DNA of 64,000 bases, taken from positions 133,989 to 197,988 of the forward strand of contig NIVC01002161.1 in the NCBI GenBank assembly GCA_002269645.1, given 5' to 3'. The stretch comes from Macrostomum lignano (Eukaryota). Below are positions 15,372-27,800 of this stretch, piece after piece; the first letter of the stretch is position 1; every line of letters begins with the position of its first letter. The position numbers and the translations under genes are program-made. Under the pieces are notes generated by a model. It worked only from the letters and a program-made list of their open reading frames with translations. It searched no databases and had not been told where the DNA came from.

Positions 15372-16308
15372 TTTAACAGGTTGACTCTGTAGTGTCTCTA
15401 ACAGATGACTCTCTAGTGTCTCTAACAGGTCTCTAAAGTGTATAACAGGTGACTCTGTAGAGTCTAACCGGTCTCTATAGTGTCTAACAGGTGACTCTGT
15501 GAGTCTCTAACAGGTGACTCTCTAGTGTCTCTTACAGGTGACTCTCTAGTGTCTCTAACAGGTGACTCTCTAGTGTCTCTAACAGGTGACTCTCTAGTGT
15601 CTCTAACAGGTGACTCTCTAGTGTCTCTAACAGGTGACTCTCTAGTGTCTCTTACAGGTGACTCTCTAGTGTCTCTAACAGGTGACTCTCAAGTGTCTCT
15701 TACAGGTGACTCTCTAGTGTCTCTAACAGGTGACTCTCTAGTGTCTCTAACAGGTGACTCTCTAGTGTCTCTAACAGGTGACTCTAGTGTCTCTAACAGG
15801 TGACTCTCTAGTGTCTCTAACAGGTGACTCTCTAGTGTCTCTTACAGGTGACTCTCTAGTGTCTCTAACAGGTGACTCTCTAGTGTCTCTAACAGGCGAC
15901 TCTCTAGTGTCTCTAACAGGCGACTCTCTAGTGTCTCTAACAGGTGACTCTGTAGTGTCTCTAACAGGTGACTCTCTAGTGTCTCTTACAGGTGACTCTC
16001 TAGTGTCTCTTACAGGTGACTCTCTAGTGTCTCTAACAGGTGACTCTCTAGTGTCTCTAACAGGTGACTCTCTAGTGTCTCTAACAGGTGACTCTCTAGT
16101 GTCTCTAACAGGTGACTCTCTAGTGTCTCTTACAGGTGACTCTCTAGTGTCTCTAACAGGTGACTCTCTAGTGTCTCTAACAGGTGACTCTCTAGTGTCT
16201 CTTACAGGTGACTCTCTAGTGTCTCTAACAGGTGACTCTCTAGTGTCTCTTACAGGTGACTCTCTAGTGTCTCTTACAGGTGACTCTCTAGTGTCTCTAA
16301 TAGGTGTG
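15372..16308 (-). repeat. 24-bp minisatellite (gtgtctctaacaggtgactctcta) carrying the GTCACCTGTTAGA core in reverse orientation
   Basis: Period 24; tctaacaggtgac is the reverse complement of the core of the 10150 and 12710 arrays. Confidence 0.97.
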
Positions 16309-16897
16309 ACTATTTTTGGGTTTTGTGAGATATTTTCGTGAAACTTGTGAAGGTCTCATAAGTGCAGACAGTTTATGAAGATGAGAGACGGAAGTGGGCC
16401 GTGGAATAACAGCGATTAAGTAGTTTCTTACGATGTCTGATTAAGAATTAAACTGGATTTGTGGGATTTTCGCAACAACCTAAGAAAAAAAACAGTTTCA
16501 GGTTCAAAGCTACTGAAAGTAGTCAATATTGAAAAGGATTTCTGAGGTTATGAAATGAAAAGTATCTAGTACTGAAGTATTTTTACGAGCGTATTAAGAT
16601 GCTTGGAAGACTGTTTACCTTGAGCGATCTCAATTTTGTAAAGTAACAAACTTTGAAATCAAATTGCGGCTTCAAAGTCAAGCGCAGATTTTTGTTAATT
16701 GTAGGTGTCAAAAATTTCCTGTATAATTAGTATTCAACAATTAACTCTCTTTCGTACAGAAAAAAGCTTTATCGACGATAAAAAAAAGTCAAATATTTGG
16801 GCAACGAAAAGCATGACGGTTTCAAGCAAGCAAGTACTGGACTTCCAAAATTTACAAACAGAGAAAAATGTGTTCAATCCTAAAATGCTACGGGAGT

Positions 16898-17708
16898 TTC
16901 CATGGCTCATGGGGGAGTTGCTGAATGCCATGGCTCATGGGGAAGCTGATGAGATGCTATGGCTCATGGGGGAGCTGCTGAGATGCCATGGCTCATGGGG
17001 GAGCTGCTGAGATGCTATGGCTCATGGGGGAGCTGCTGAGATGCTATGGCTCATGGGGGAGCTGCTGAGATACCATGGCTCATGGGGGAGTTGCTGAGAT
17101 GCCATGGCTCATGGGGGAGTTGCTGAGATGCCATGGCTCACGGGGGAGTTGCTGAGATGCCATGGCTAATGAGGGAGTTGCTGAGATGCCATGGCTCATG
17201 AGGGAGTTGCTGAGATGCTATGGCTCATGGGGGAGCTGCTGAGATGCCATGGCTCATGGGGGAGTTGCTGAGATGCCATGGCTCATGGGGGAGTTGCTGA
17301 GATGCCATGGCTCACGGGGGAGTTGCTGAGATGCCATGGCTAATGAGGGAGTTGCTGAGATGCCATGGCTCATGAGGGAGTTGCTGAGATACCATGGCTC
17401 ATGGGGGAGTTGCTGAGATGCCATGGCTCATGGGGGAGTTGCTGAGATGCCATGGCTCACGGGGGAGTTGCTGAGATGCCATGGCTCATGGGAGAGTTGC
17501 TAAGATGCCATGGCTCATGGGGGAGTTGCTGAGATGCCATGGCTAATGGGGGAGTTGCTGAGATGCCATGGCCCACAGGGGGAGCTGCTGAGATGCCATG
17601 GCTCAGGGGCGGTTGCTGAGATGCCATGGTTCATAGGGGAGTTGCTGAGCTGCCATGGCTCACAGGGGGAGCTGCTGAGATGCCATGGCTCAGGGGCGGT
17701 TGCTGAGA
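16898..17708. repeat. 29-bp minisatellite (gagatgccatggctcatgggggagttgct)
   Basis: Period 29. Confidence 0.96.
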
Positions 17709-19373
17709 TACCAAGTCTTACAGAGGCATCAGACAGTCTTGCAAAATATCGGGAAGAAATACAACAAAAGTTGACACAGACGATCGTACAAGGTACACAC
17801 GATTGCAAAACTGATGGTATCAAGAGAAAGTTTCTGTTAAACTTTCTAGTATGCAAAACGAATGCAATAGAGCATCAATTCAATCAATTTAATAATTTGC
17901 ACACGATGTGAGGAGTCTCAGGATAAGAGCGGAGAGTGTACGGGGCTTTTACGTCACTCCAGATTAGCACGATCAGATGGAGCAAACGCTTGCAAAAATC
18001 GACCGCGATGTTGACCCGGCAGCTGCACGGCGTGGATTTGGGGAGAAAACACTGGGCAAACATCCCCTCAAGGCAGCGCACTCCCAACAGTCCTGTCAGT
18101 GTCTTTTGGCGGAAGAAGGACAAGAAAGCCTCCATCATGTGTGCTCTGATCTTTGCCGCGGTCTTTAGCGTCCCCCTGGGTTGAAGCAGAATATCACCTG
18201 TAAAGCTGAGTTGCAGGTAAACCAAAGCTTCATAGTGGGCCGTATCTTGATTACTAATGCATGGTAAAGTGACCCATTATGCTGAATCATTTGATTGTAA
18301 TTCTACCAGCGGTCCCGCGAGTTGATTAAAGAGTTTTCATTGATAAGCAGCGGGGGGGGGGACGGATTGCCCGCGGATTGAACCAATATTGGCGGGTGCT
18401 TGTGTGCCTTGTGCCACGAAGTCTGGCCTTCCCACTGACCATTTGCAGGACTTTATATTGGAAGATTAAAGGGCTTACAAAAAGCTTTTATCCTCCCGAA
18501 GTTTGGCTAACGTTGTGTAAAGTCAGTACTAGCGTTTGATGCGTTTTGCTTGCATAAATTTTAATAGTCCAGGAAATCTCGTGGAAAAATCTGCAAAATG
18601 CTTCTTATTGTAAAGTTAATGATTTCTACCAAGAGTGCCCGCTATCAGAAGTCACCCTGGCAACACGTGAACAACGTGAGAGAACTTGTATTGTGAAAAC
18701 AATCGGAATGACAATGTGTGGAGATTAGGCAGGGATCGAGTACGCTATAGATTCCCGACGACTAAGTCTGAATGGCACCAGCTTAACCCTTTCATAACTG
18801 GTCATATGGCAATCATTCGCCACGAAATGACTATCCACAACAATGTGAACGCAATTACTAGAAAATAATGTTTGGAAGCGGAAGCTACTCACGGTTGAGC
18901 ATTCAGACAATTCAGACTGCAAGGACTGTCAAATGAAAACTACAAAATCATGAATTGTAGGTCGAGACTGAAGTTGCACCCCTATGACTTTTTGTCGTCA
19001 TAAGAGACGCAACTCAGTCGACCCGCAGCGAGGAGTCAAGTCATGCTGTCCATTTCGCTGTCTTCTCAGCACCCCACAAGCACAGTGCTACGCACAGCAT
19101 CCCTGACTTTCCCATTGTCTGGCATGTCAAAAGCCAGTAAACAACGCGCAGGCGCGAACTTCTCAAAGAGCTCCCCCTGTAGTTACTCGTAAATCATTTT
19201 AATGTTTAATGCCAACAAACAACACGTACACAATCGTGACGGTCTAACCCAAACATTGAGACAATTATTACACCAAGAGATTAAGCGATTGCTAAAGCTG
19301 ACGATTGTTGTCTTACACAACACAATTAATTAGTGTCAGTGCGTTTCTCCTTCATTCAAACCTACCATCCTGC

Positions 19374-22043
19374 CTATCCGGGACGAGGCAGCGACTTCAT
19401 TTCGATCGGCTGGGTGCCTTCGGCTGGCGGCTCGGCGCCGAGAATCTCGTCGGCATGGCTGACCACAGCGATGGAGGTGGCGACGCCGCGGCTGCTCTGG
19501 TAGTTGACGCCGCCGCCCTTCATGCAGCTGCGGCGGGGGCCGCGGTTGCCCCGGCCAGCCAGGCGGCTGCTGCGCCCGAACTGGCCAGCCTCGGCGGCCA
19601 GAACTGCCGCCGCGATGTCGCCGCTGCCGTTGCCGCCTTCGATGCCTCTGCATCGTTGTCTACGTCGACGCCGTCGGCTGCGCTGCATTCCACAGGCCTG
19701 CCCGGCTGTGCGACGGAAATTCCGGCTCAGACAGAAGAAGATGAGGAAGTGCACAGCGCTGTCCAGCGACACCAAAATGTCGTTCACGGCGTAGAACCAG
19801 TCCACGGAGCTGGTCAGGGACAGGTTCAGCATGATCAGAACGGCTCCCGGGGTCTCCAACACGTGGAACGAGATGGACAGGCACAGCACGATGGCTGTGG
19901 CCACTCGAGAGTTGCGACGAAGGTTGGTGACGCCGCTGCTGTTGCCCCGGCTGCTGCCGATCAGGCTGCCGCCTCCGCCGTCAGCAGCCGCGCTGCTGCC
20001 TCCGACGCCGGTCGTGCTGCTGCCCCGACTCGCAACAACTGACTCGCTGTTGGCCAGCTGCTCCTTGGCCCCGCAGAATTTGTAGGCCATGATGAAGGAG
20101 CAGATGAGAATGACTGGCACGGGAATGTAGGACTGGAACACGCGGCTCGTCATGAGCAGGGCCTGCCTGTCCAGCAGCTCCATCAGGCCGGGCGTGTAGA
20201 GACCGCCGATGAGCAGCGAAATGACGAACACGACGCCAAACACCATCAGCTGCATTCGCTTGGTGAAGCAGTGCCGGAAAGCGATGGGGTTCGTGGTCGC
20301 GGCGGTCCTGAACAGGGTCATGCACATCGTCCACTGGTTGCGGTTGAGCAGGGCGACCAGAACTAGGGCAAACATTACCTGGTTGGGGTTGTGACAGGGT
20401 TACAGTTCGGTTCATTGCCCGGGCACGGATCGAGGCTTGTTAAGGTTAGCCTGCAGGAGTGGAGGAACGCCCATTCAGTTGAGAACGTGTTTTCTAAATT
20501 GACTGGTGTGACTAAATCTGAGCTGATGAGAGCAGTGTTAGCATCTGTCTGCAGTCTTGTGTTCTTAAAAATTATTAGAGTCGATAACTGGGTTGAAACC
20601 GTAGGCCAGCCGTCCACAACTTGCCAGCATTATACTTTGAAGTATTGTAAATCTACCCGATATTGAGCAGATGTGCAACCGACAGCTTAGCCGCAGCTAT
20701 TGCGCAGCGCATCTGAAGGCTGCGTACGGCTGTTCAGTCCATGGATTAAGGGGGGGAGGTCGTCACACACACCCTCAATTACTCCAGCTAATGCAGACAC
20801 CCATTTTACAGCTGGGTGAGCTGAAGCAATGCAGAGTTGAGTGTCTTTCTCCAGGACACAATTGTCTAATGCGATCGAAAGTCGAACCCCCGACCTTTCA
20901 GTTTTGAGTCCGATGCTCACGACTGAATGTCTACTGCGATGTCTACCGGAATGAAATGTCCTAGTTGCGCCTCGCCCATCTCCGTGACTCATGGAAGCTC
21001 GTTTCTCAGAAAACAGAACGCCTCCAGATTTCCAAACATTTGTAACATTTCCGTGCGTCAGGGGCCAAGGGGGCGTCGGGCGCGGGAAGAGCCGGGACCC
21101 ACAGAATCCAAGGTTCAGGAAACACGTATTTTGCGGAACCCGACTCTCGAAAAGTGGAGTAGCTCGTACAAGAAATGGGAGGTGCCTGGAGCTTCATGTG
21201 AGCTGCGGAGTTGTTGTGCAAAAAAGCCCGGGCAGCACAAACTGGAGGGAATGCAAAAATATGTTTTTTTAATAAATCAGGTGATTTTTCTTCCGCATTG
21301 TAACAAAGTATCTTTAGAACTTTCTAGTTTGCTTAAATTTTCAAATTCGTCGCAACTGTTAGAGCAGGGATGCCAAGCAAAGAAAAGGAACATTGAAATC
21401 GATAGCTATAAGCCTTTCTTCATGCTGTCATGACAATCTGCTTCAAGTGAAAGCTGTTAACTTATTGGAGATCTAAAGTAAACCTCAGACTTTAAGCGCT
21501 TGTCGCAATCAAGGCAAGGTAAGCAGTCACCACTGACCCCTTTTGAGCATTGTACGATCAGATACTCCCGCAGGGTGGCATGGCGGCCATGACTTTCTAA
21601 TCGTCAGTCATGTACACACTGAGCCTTAGGGTTTGCCCCTTCTCTGTAAATCGCTACTGATTCGCCCTACATTGCTTAGCTACCTCAGCATAAGAGCTAC
21701 GATTCAATTGTTGAACTACCAGCAAGCTGCCCCTCACCTCGTAGATGGTCTTGAACGGCTCCTTGTTGTAGGTGCCCTGCAGCTGGACAGTCAGGTCCAG
21801 GCAGAACGTGGCCGAGCACAATAGGCAGTAGGCCACCTGGCAGGCCTCCAGAATGATGAGGCCGACATCGAAGACGTCCCGCCTGGCCAGGTACTTCCTG
21901 AGCAGCACGGACAGGGAGAAGCTGCTCATGCCCAGGCCCAGCAAGGACACGAAGATCGAAGCGCTCCGGGCGTAGAAGAAGCCGGCGCTCAGATTATCAA
22001 CAGCGGCGGCCTGGGTGGTGGCGGCTAGCGTCTCAGTTTCCAT
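19374..22043 (-). CDS. Orphan class A (rhodopsin-like) GPCR resembling FMRFamide/peptide-receptor-like families; exons 22043-21738 and 20378-19374 (about 436 aa)
   Basis: Seven hydrophobic segments across two exons joined in phase 0 (TIYE|VMFALVLV). TM3 end is TLFRTAATTNP, TM6 is AIVLCLSISFHVLETP, TM7 is LVSLDSAVHFLIFFCLSRNFR. Donor gtgagg at 21737, acceptor ccaaccag at 20379, Kozak gccATGG. Confidence 0.88.
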
Positions 22044-22103
22044 GGCGATGCAGGGCTCAGGCGAGAAACGGGAGCGAAGCGAATGGCGGAACTCCCGGCC
22101 CTC

Positions 22104-22111
22104 CTATATAT
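22104..22111 (-). promoter_or_regulatory. Candidate TATA box for the GPCR gene
   Basis: TATATA on the minus strand about 60 nt upstream of the ATG at 22043; position only, no TSS data. Confidence 0.3.
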
Positions 22112-22694
22112 TCGGAAATTTTTTAACGGGCTGGGACAGCCCCTTCTCTGTTCTTCGCTCCGGTGCCTGTTAAGCTCGAGACAACACCTTGCGTTGAACT
22201 GCTGTCTGCCTGCCTCTCACTCTGTCTCTCTCTCTCGTCCGCTCTTTCTCTGCGTTGTCGCCCCAAGCCTCCCGCGGAGAGTCGAGCCTTCTTGGAAAGC
22301 TGGGAGCGCGACAGGAAAAAGGTAGGTAGCCACGGGCGCTGCTGTGCCTCCTAATTGGTCTCTCGGAGCGGCTTGTATGAGCATTGTTGCTAAGGGTAAA
22401 GCCAAGAAAACAGGAGAGCAATGACTTGCGATCGGTAGCAGGCTATGGGAGATTCTCGGGCGCTGATTGGCTGGGATGGCGTATTAGGTAACTGGGCAGA
22501 GAGTATTAATGTGCTTGTTATGCACCCGTTGAACGCAGCTCAAAACTTAAGCAGGATGAGTTAACAGTGTATGATATCAGTCGCGAGAATTGGGTCTCAA
22601 AAGCTACCTGGATCTCAAAAAGCCACCATGAATGAACTCAAACTCATGTAGTCACCTTAAGTCTCAAGGCTAATGAAACTCAAAAAGACTTGGA

Positions 22695-22965
22695 GCTAAA
22701 AAAGAGAATTGGAACTCACAGAGCTACATGGAACTCACAGAGCTACATGGGGAACTCACAGAGCTACATGGAACTCACAGAGCTACATGGAACTCACAGA
22801 GCTACATGGAACTCACAGAGCTACATGGAACTCACAGAGCTACATGGGGAACTCACAGAGCTACATGGAACTCACAGAGCTACATGGAACTCACAGAGCT
22901 ACATGGAACTCACAGAGCTACATGGAACTCACAGAGCTACATAGGGAACTCACAGAGCTACCTGG
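22695..22965. repeat. 19-bp minisatellite (ggaactcacagagctacat)
   Basis: Period 19. Confidence 0.96.
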
Positions 22966-23654
22966 AACCCAAAAGAAACTGCATGAAGCTTAAAGCTTTC
23001 ATTAAACTAGGTAATTAAAAATTGAAATTCTGAAGCTCTTAAGGTTTTATCTGAAAAAACCAAGAATAATCTCGAGCTGAAATAATCCGAACCCATTAAT
23101 AAAAAGTTGGTTGTTTCCACACTTTTTAAAAAGTAGAACACAGAGTCCCCTGACATCACGGATGCGCGGCGTCCCATTTCCTAGAGAATTACTAGTTAAT
23201 TTTTTTTCAAAGTAGACCAGTTACTCTCTTAGCTGGCTACACTGCTCACCAAGTAAGGAAAAGTCAATATCCTCCTTAATCCGCATATTGGGTCTGACAG
23301 GGAATCCCATTTTTATGGTGACCAAGCATTGCTCAGATTTCTTAAAGTGCAAACTGCTCTATCAATTATTATAACTTACAATTGGTAAGAAAGATTAAAA
23401 CAAAAATTCCCTGAATAATTCAAACATTTATGAAGTTAAATAGATCGAAATTCGATTAGCTGATGATGATTTTATTTTAGACTGAAAAAAGCCTGTACCG
23501 GGCCATTAGACAGACAGCAAGAACGAAAGCTTAGTTTGAAATGTATAAATATAAGAAAAAAATTTTCGGATAAACATTTGGATTAAAAATTGTGACACAT
23601 TGCGCAAAATTAATTTTTATGACAGATTTTGAGACAGCAGTGACTTGAACTCAT

Positions 23655-24575
23655 TACAGACACTGGTTGTGGGGGACCTGACTGTCATTACAGACACTGG
23701 TTGTGGGGGACCTGACTGTCATTACAGACACTGGTTGTGGGGGACCTGACTGTCATTACAGACACTGGTTGTGGGGGACCTGACTGTCATTACAGACACT
23801 GGTTGTGGGGGACCTGACTGTCATTACAGACACTGGTTGTGGGGGACCTGACTGTCATTACAGACACTGGTTGTGGGGGACCTGACTGTCATTACAGACA
23901 CTGGTTGTGTGGGACCTGACTGTCATTACAGACACTGGTTGTGGGGGACCTGACTGTCATTACAGACACTGGTTGTGGGGGACCTGACTGTCATTACAGA
24001 CACTGGTTGTGTGGGACCTGACTGTCATTACAGACACTGAGACACTGGTTGTGGGGACCTGACTGTCATTACAGACACTGGTTGTGTGGGACCTGACTGT
24101 CATTACAGACACTGGTTGTGGCGGACCTGACTGTCATTACAGACACTGGTTGTGGGGGACCTGACTGTCATTACAGACACTGGTTGTGGGGGACCTGACT
24201 GTCATTACAGACACTGGTTGTGGGGGACCTGACTGTCATTACAGACACTGGTTGTGGGGGACCTGACTGTCATTACAGACACTGGTTGTGTGGGACCTGA
24301 CTGTCATTACAGACACTGAGACACTGGTTGTGGGGGACCTGACTGTCATTACAGACACTGGTTGTGTGGGACCTGACTGTCATTACAGACACTGGTTGTG
24401 GGGGACCTGACTGTCATTACAGACACTGGTTGTGGGGGACCTGACTGTCATTACAGACACTGGTTGTGGGGGACCTGACTGTCATTACAGACACTGAGAC
24501 ACTGGTTGTGGGGGACCTGACTGTCATTACAGACACTTGGTTGCAAGATCTGACTCTGCTGTCATTACAGACACT
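23655..24575. repeat. 34-bp minisatellite (gacactggttgtgggggacctgactgtcattaca)
   Basis: Period 34. Confidence 0.97.
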
Positions 24576-24808
24576 TGGTTGCAGTATAAAATTTATAATA
24601 GAATTTGTTATAATTTGTTGATCGTTAGCAATGTAGATTTTCTATTGTTAAAAATGTTTTTAATTTTTATGGCGAATATAATTTTCATTGTTAATTTTTT
24701 TTTGCAAATCGACGCACGAATGACAAAGAAAAAAGTTAATAGCTCCGGCAGGTGGAGGAAACGGCCAACGAGTTTAAGCAAACTTAGTAGTGAAATTTGA
24801 CAAAGCCG

Positions 24809-27800
24809 TCACTCTGACAACCTGCTGCTGTCGGCCTTCAACATTCGCTGCAGCTTCTCTGCTGAATCAATCTTTTCTTCATCCTGAAAGTTTAGATGAA
24901 GATAAAAGATGGGATGAGTGATGAGATGAGTGGGTCAAGCGCAGGCTCTGATGTGCCAGCGGCCCAGGCTCGATTCCAAGTGCAGTCACATTGATCTGAG
25001 GCTAAATCTCGGCTTGGCTCTGCTCGTGCAATGCAACATGAAGTGTACATAAAGTTAGGGCCGCTGTAAACTCCTGTGTGAGTGTGAGCCTGCGCGCATG
25101 ACTGTGTTTCTCCGACCCTCGGGGCCTCCGAAACTTCACAACAGCAACTCGGCCAGCGCAAGGTTTGTGTCTCTTCTTAGCTCTCTTCTCTCTCCTTTCA
25201 TATCTAATCTGATCTATCCTCTTATCTTCTCTCTCGCCTCTCACCTCTTCTCTCATCGTCATAAACACAAACAGCCTGGATTAAACATTCGCACTAAGAT
25301 CAACTCACCAGCTGAAGGAGCCGCTCGCACAGGGGAAACAGGTACATAACGGTGGCTTCATCGGGCACAGACTCAAGCAGCTGGGCCCGGACAGTCAGGC
25401 CAGTCTCTGGCCAGACTCCCGAAGGCTGCATCAGTTCGCGCAGCCTCAGACCGGTATCGTGCTGCTCCTCCAGCAGGTGCAACACGCAGGCGCTCTGGCA
25501 GGCAGCCAGCGCAGGTCTCAGAGCCTGCGGAGCTCCGAATTGGTGCACCAGGCCGTCCAGCACGTCAGCATTGATGGCGGTTCTGTAGGGCCTCCTGGCG
25601 AGCTCGTGCCTGACCTGCTGGAACTGCAGACATAGGGCCTGCTGAGTCAGGCTGAGCAGCTTGGCAACAGTGAGACTGCCCGCGTCCGGCTCCGGCAGAG
25701 CCTCAGGCAGTTGCCATGACAACGACGCAGAGGAGCTCATCAACGGGCTGCCACTCTGACAGTCGTTGGAGAACTCACGAATGGATCGTTGAAGGACAGC
25801 TTCTGGCCAATTCTGATCGCTCAGGTAGCGAAGGATGCTGATTAAGCAGTCTGTCAGCTTCCTGCATTGATGGCGGTTGGTTGGGGAAGCTGGCTTGAAG
25901 CTTCATCATTTAAGAGGATTCAAATTTTTGGTCTGTCTGAGACAGTTATATAGGTCACTTGGAGTGGTTGTGGGGGTTCGAGGTTAGGTCTCTGGTTATT
26001 TAAGTGGGTCAAAGTAGGTCTTTTAGGAGCTTATATGCCTTCTAGGGCCCGTAATTGGGTTTCAAAAGGGCCATTTTTAGGTTTCTTAGCATTGGTCCAC
26101 GACACTTTAAAATCCTATTTTAAGAGGCAGGGGTTTTGTGCACCCTGGCGCACTTTAAGTGACATTGTCACACAACCGGCGAGAGGCATTACTGCCCATT
26201 CCACCGACTCCCCTGAGCAGGCACACAAGCGCGCGGATACGTACGCAGTCATACGCACAGGCAGCGGCCCTAACTTTATTTATCCCTAGGCATGTACACT
26301 TCACTGTGCCTTGTGGGTTGCAGAGCCAAGCCGAGATTCCAGTTTAGCCTCAAATGAATGCGACTGCACTTGGAATCGAGCCTGGGCCGCTGGAACAGGT
26401 GACTACGGCAGGATCACTACGGCATCAGGGATGTGAATTGTCAGATTCAAAAAACTCAGGATTCGCACCTGGCATAGGTGTGATCCTGCTCGTGCAGCTC
26501 TTTCAGCCTGGCCACTTCAGCTGTGCTCAGCACTTCGATGCCCTCGCCAGCCCGATGTCTGAATCGGGTCATGAGCTCCACCGGCTGTCGCTGCTGGTGG
26601 TCGCTGAACCGCGGCCTCCAGCTGGCTGGCGGCAGGGCCCAGCTGCGACCGACTGTGAGCAGGTGACCCAGGGCCGCGTCCAGCAGAGCCCAGTCCAGGT
26701 GTTCGCTGGCCTCAGACAGCCGCGGATCGCTCGGACCGGAGAACTGAGCAGCCAGCCGGTCCAGCTCGGCCTGCTCGAGGCTGACCAAGCCGCATCTGGC
26801 AGCGGTGACCGACCGGGCAGGCAGGGTGACTGAGCACTGGCCGGTGAGCAGGTGGCCGAGTCCGCCGCCCTGCAGAGCCACAGCAGAGGCAGCCAGTAGG
26901 AAGCTGTTCGCCAGTGGGCAGAGTTGAGTAGCCAAGTCAGCTAGTTTTGAGCCCTCGGTGAGCACAGTCTCACGCAGGTGGCTGTCAGCTGATGCGCAGT
27001 CAGGCATTCCGAGTTGGCGCAGACCAGCTTGAGCAGCTGGCCACAGCGCAGCCGCTGCTTCATCTTGCTCAATCACCTCGGCAACGGTGAGCCGCTCCCA
27101 GCCGGCTCTGCTCACCTGGCCGTCAAGCACTGACACGCACCTCCTGTGCCAATCCAGCACTTTGCTGAGGTGCGCCATTTTAATCAGCGCGTCTTGATGC
27201 GCCAGCACCGCTAGTGTGAGATCCAGCCTGCCGGCCGCTGAGGAACTGGTTGCCGGGCTCAGCTGGCGGCCCAGCCACAGGGTGCGGACGTGACAGGCGG
27301 TCGACCAGTCCACTTCAACAGCAGGCCGCAGCAGTTTCTCCGGCACCGACGGCTGCTCAGGCGGCAGGGCGGCGTCGAGTTGAGCGGCCAGAACGCGAGG
27401 ATCGCCGGCCTGAGCAGCCGTCAAGCCTCGCTCAGCCAGCCGATCGGCTTTGAACTTGGCGACGCGCGCTCGACGACAGAGCAGCAGCAGAGCGGCCGAG
27501 TGGAGCAGCGAGCCAACAAACTGGGGGCACGGCTGCGAGGCGAACTGGTGCGCCAAGTCGCCAACCAGCTGCTGGCAGATCCAAGCCGGATCGTCCCAGT
27601 CCATGGCCAGCGCTGCGCGCATCTCCGAGAAGGCCTTGCCAATGAACTCGGAGACTCGGCCGGGGTGTCCGAGCTCGGCGCACAGGTCGACGGCGGCCGA
27701 GACGCTTCCGGAGCTCAGGCAGAGCAGCACGGATGAGGCGCTCGCGGCCCAGCGGAGTAGCGAAGTCGGCAGTCGCGGGCAGTCGGTCGCCAAATCCGAC

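Noticed and set aside
19305-20042. 245-aa + strand ORF
   Set aside because: It is the antisense shadow of the GPCR exon.
23655-24575. 34-bp array as a possible CRISPR (similar thought for the 29-32-bp arrays)
   Set aside because: Units are directly adjacent with no unique spacers, there are no cas genes, and the context is eukaryotic.
25300-25308. TGA at 25300 as the RNF213-like stop codon
   Set aside because: CTG|GTGAGT is a strong donor, and a phase-0 terminal exon (24883-24809, DEEKIDSAEKLQRMLKADSSRLSE*) follows a tttcag acceptor.
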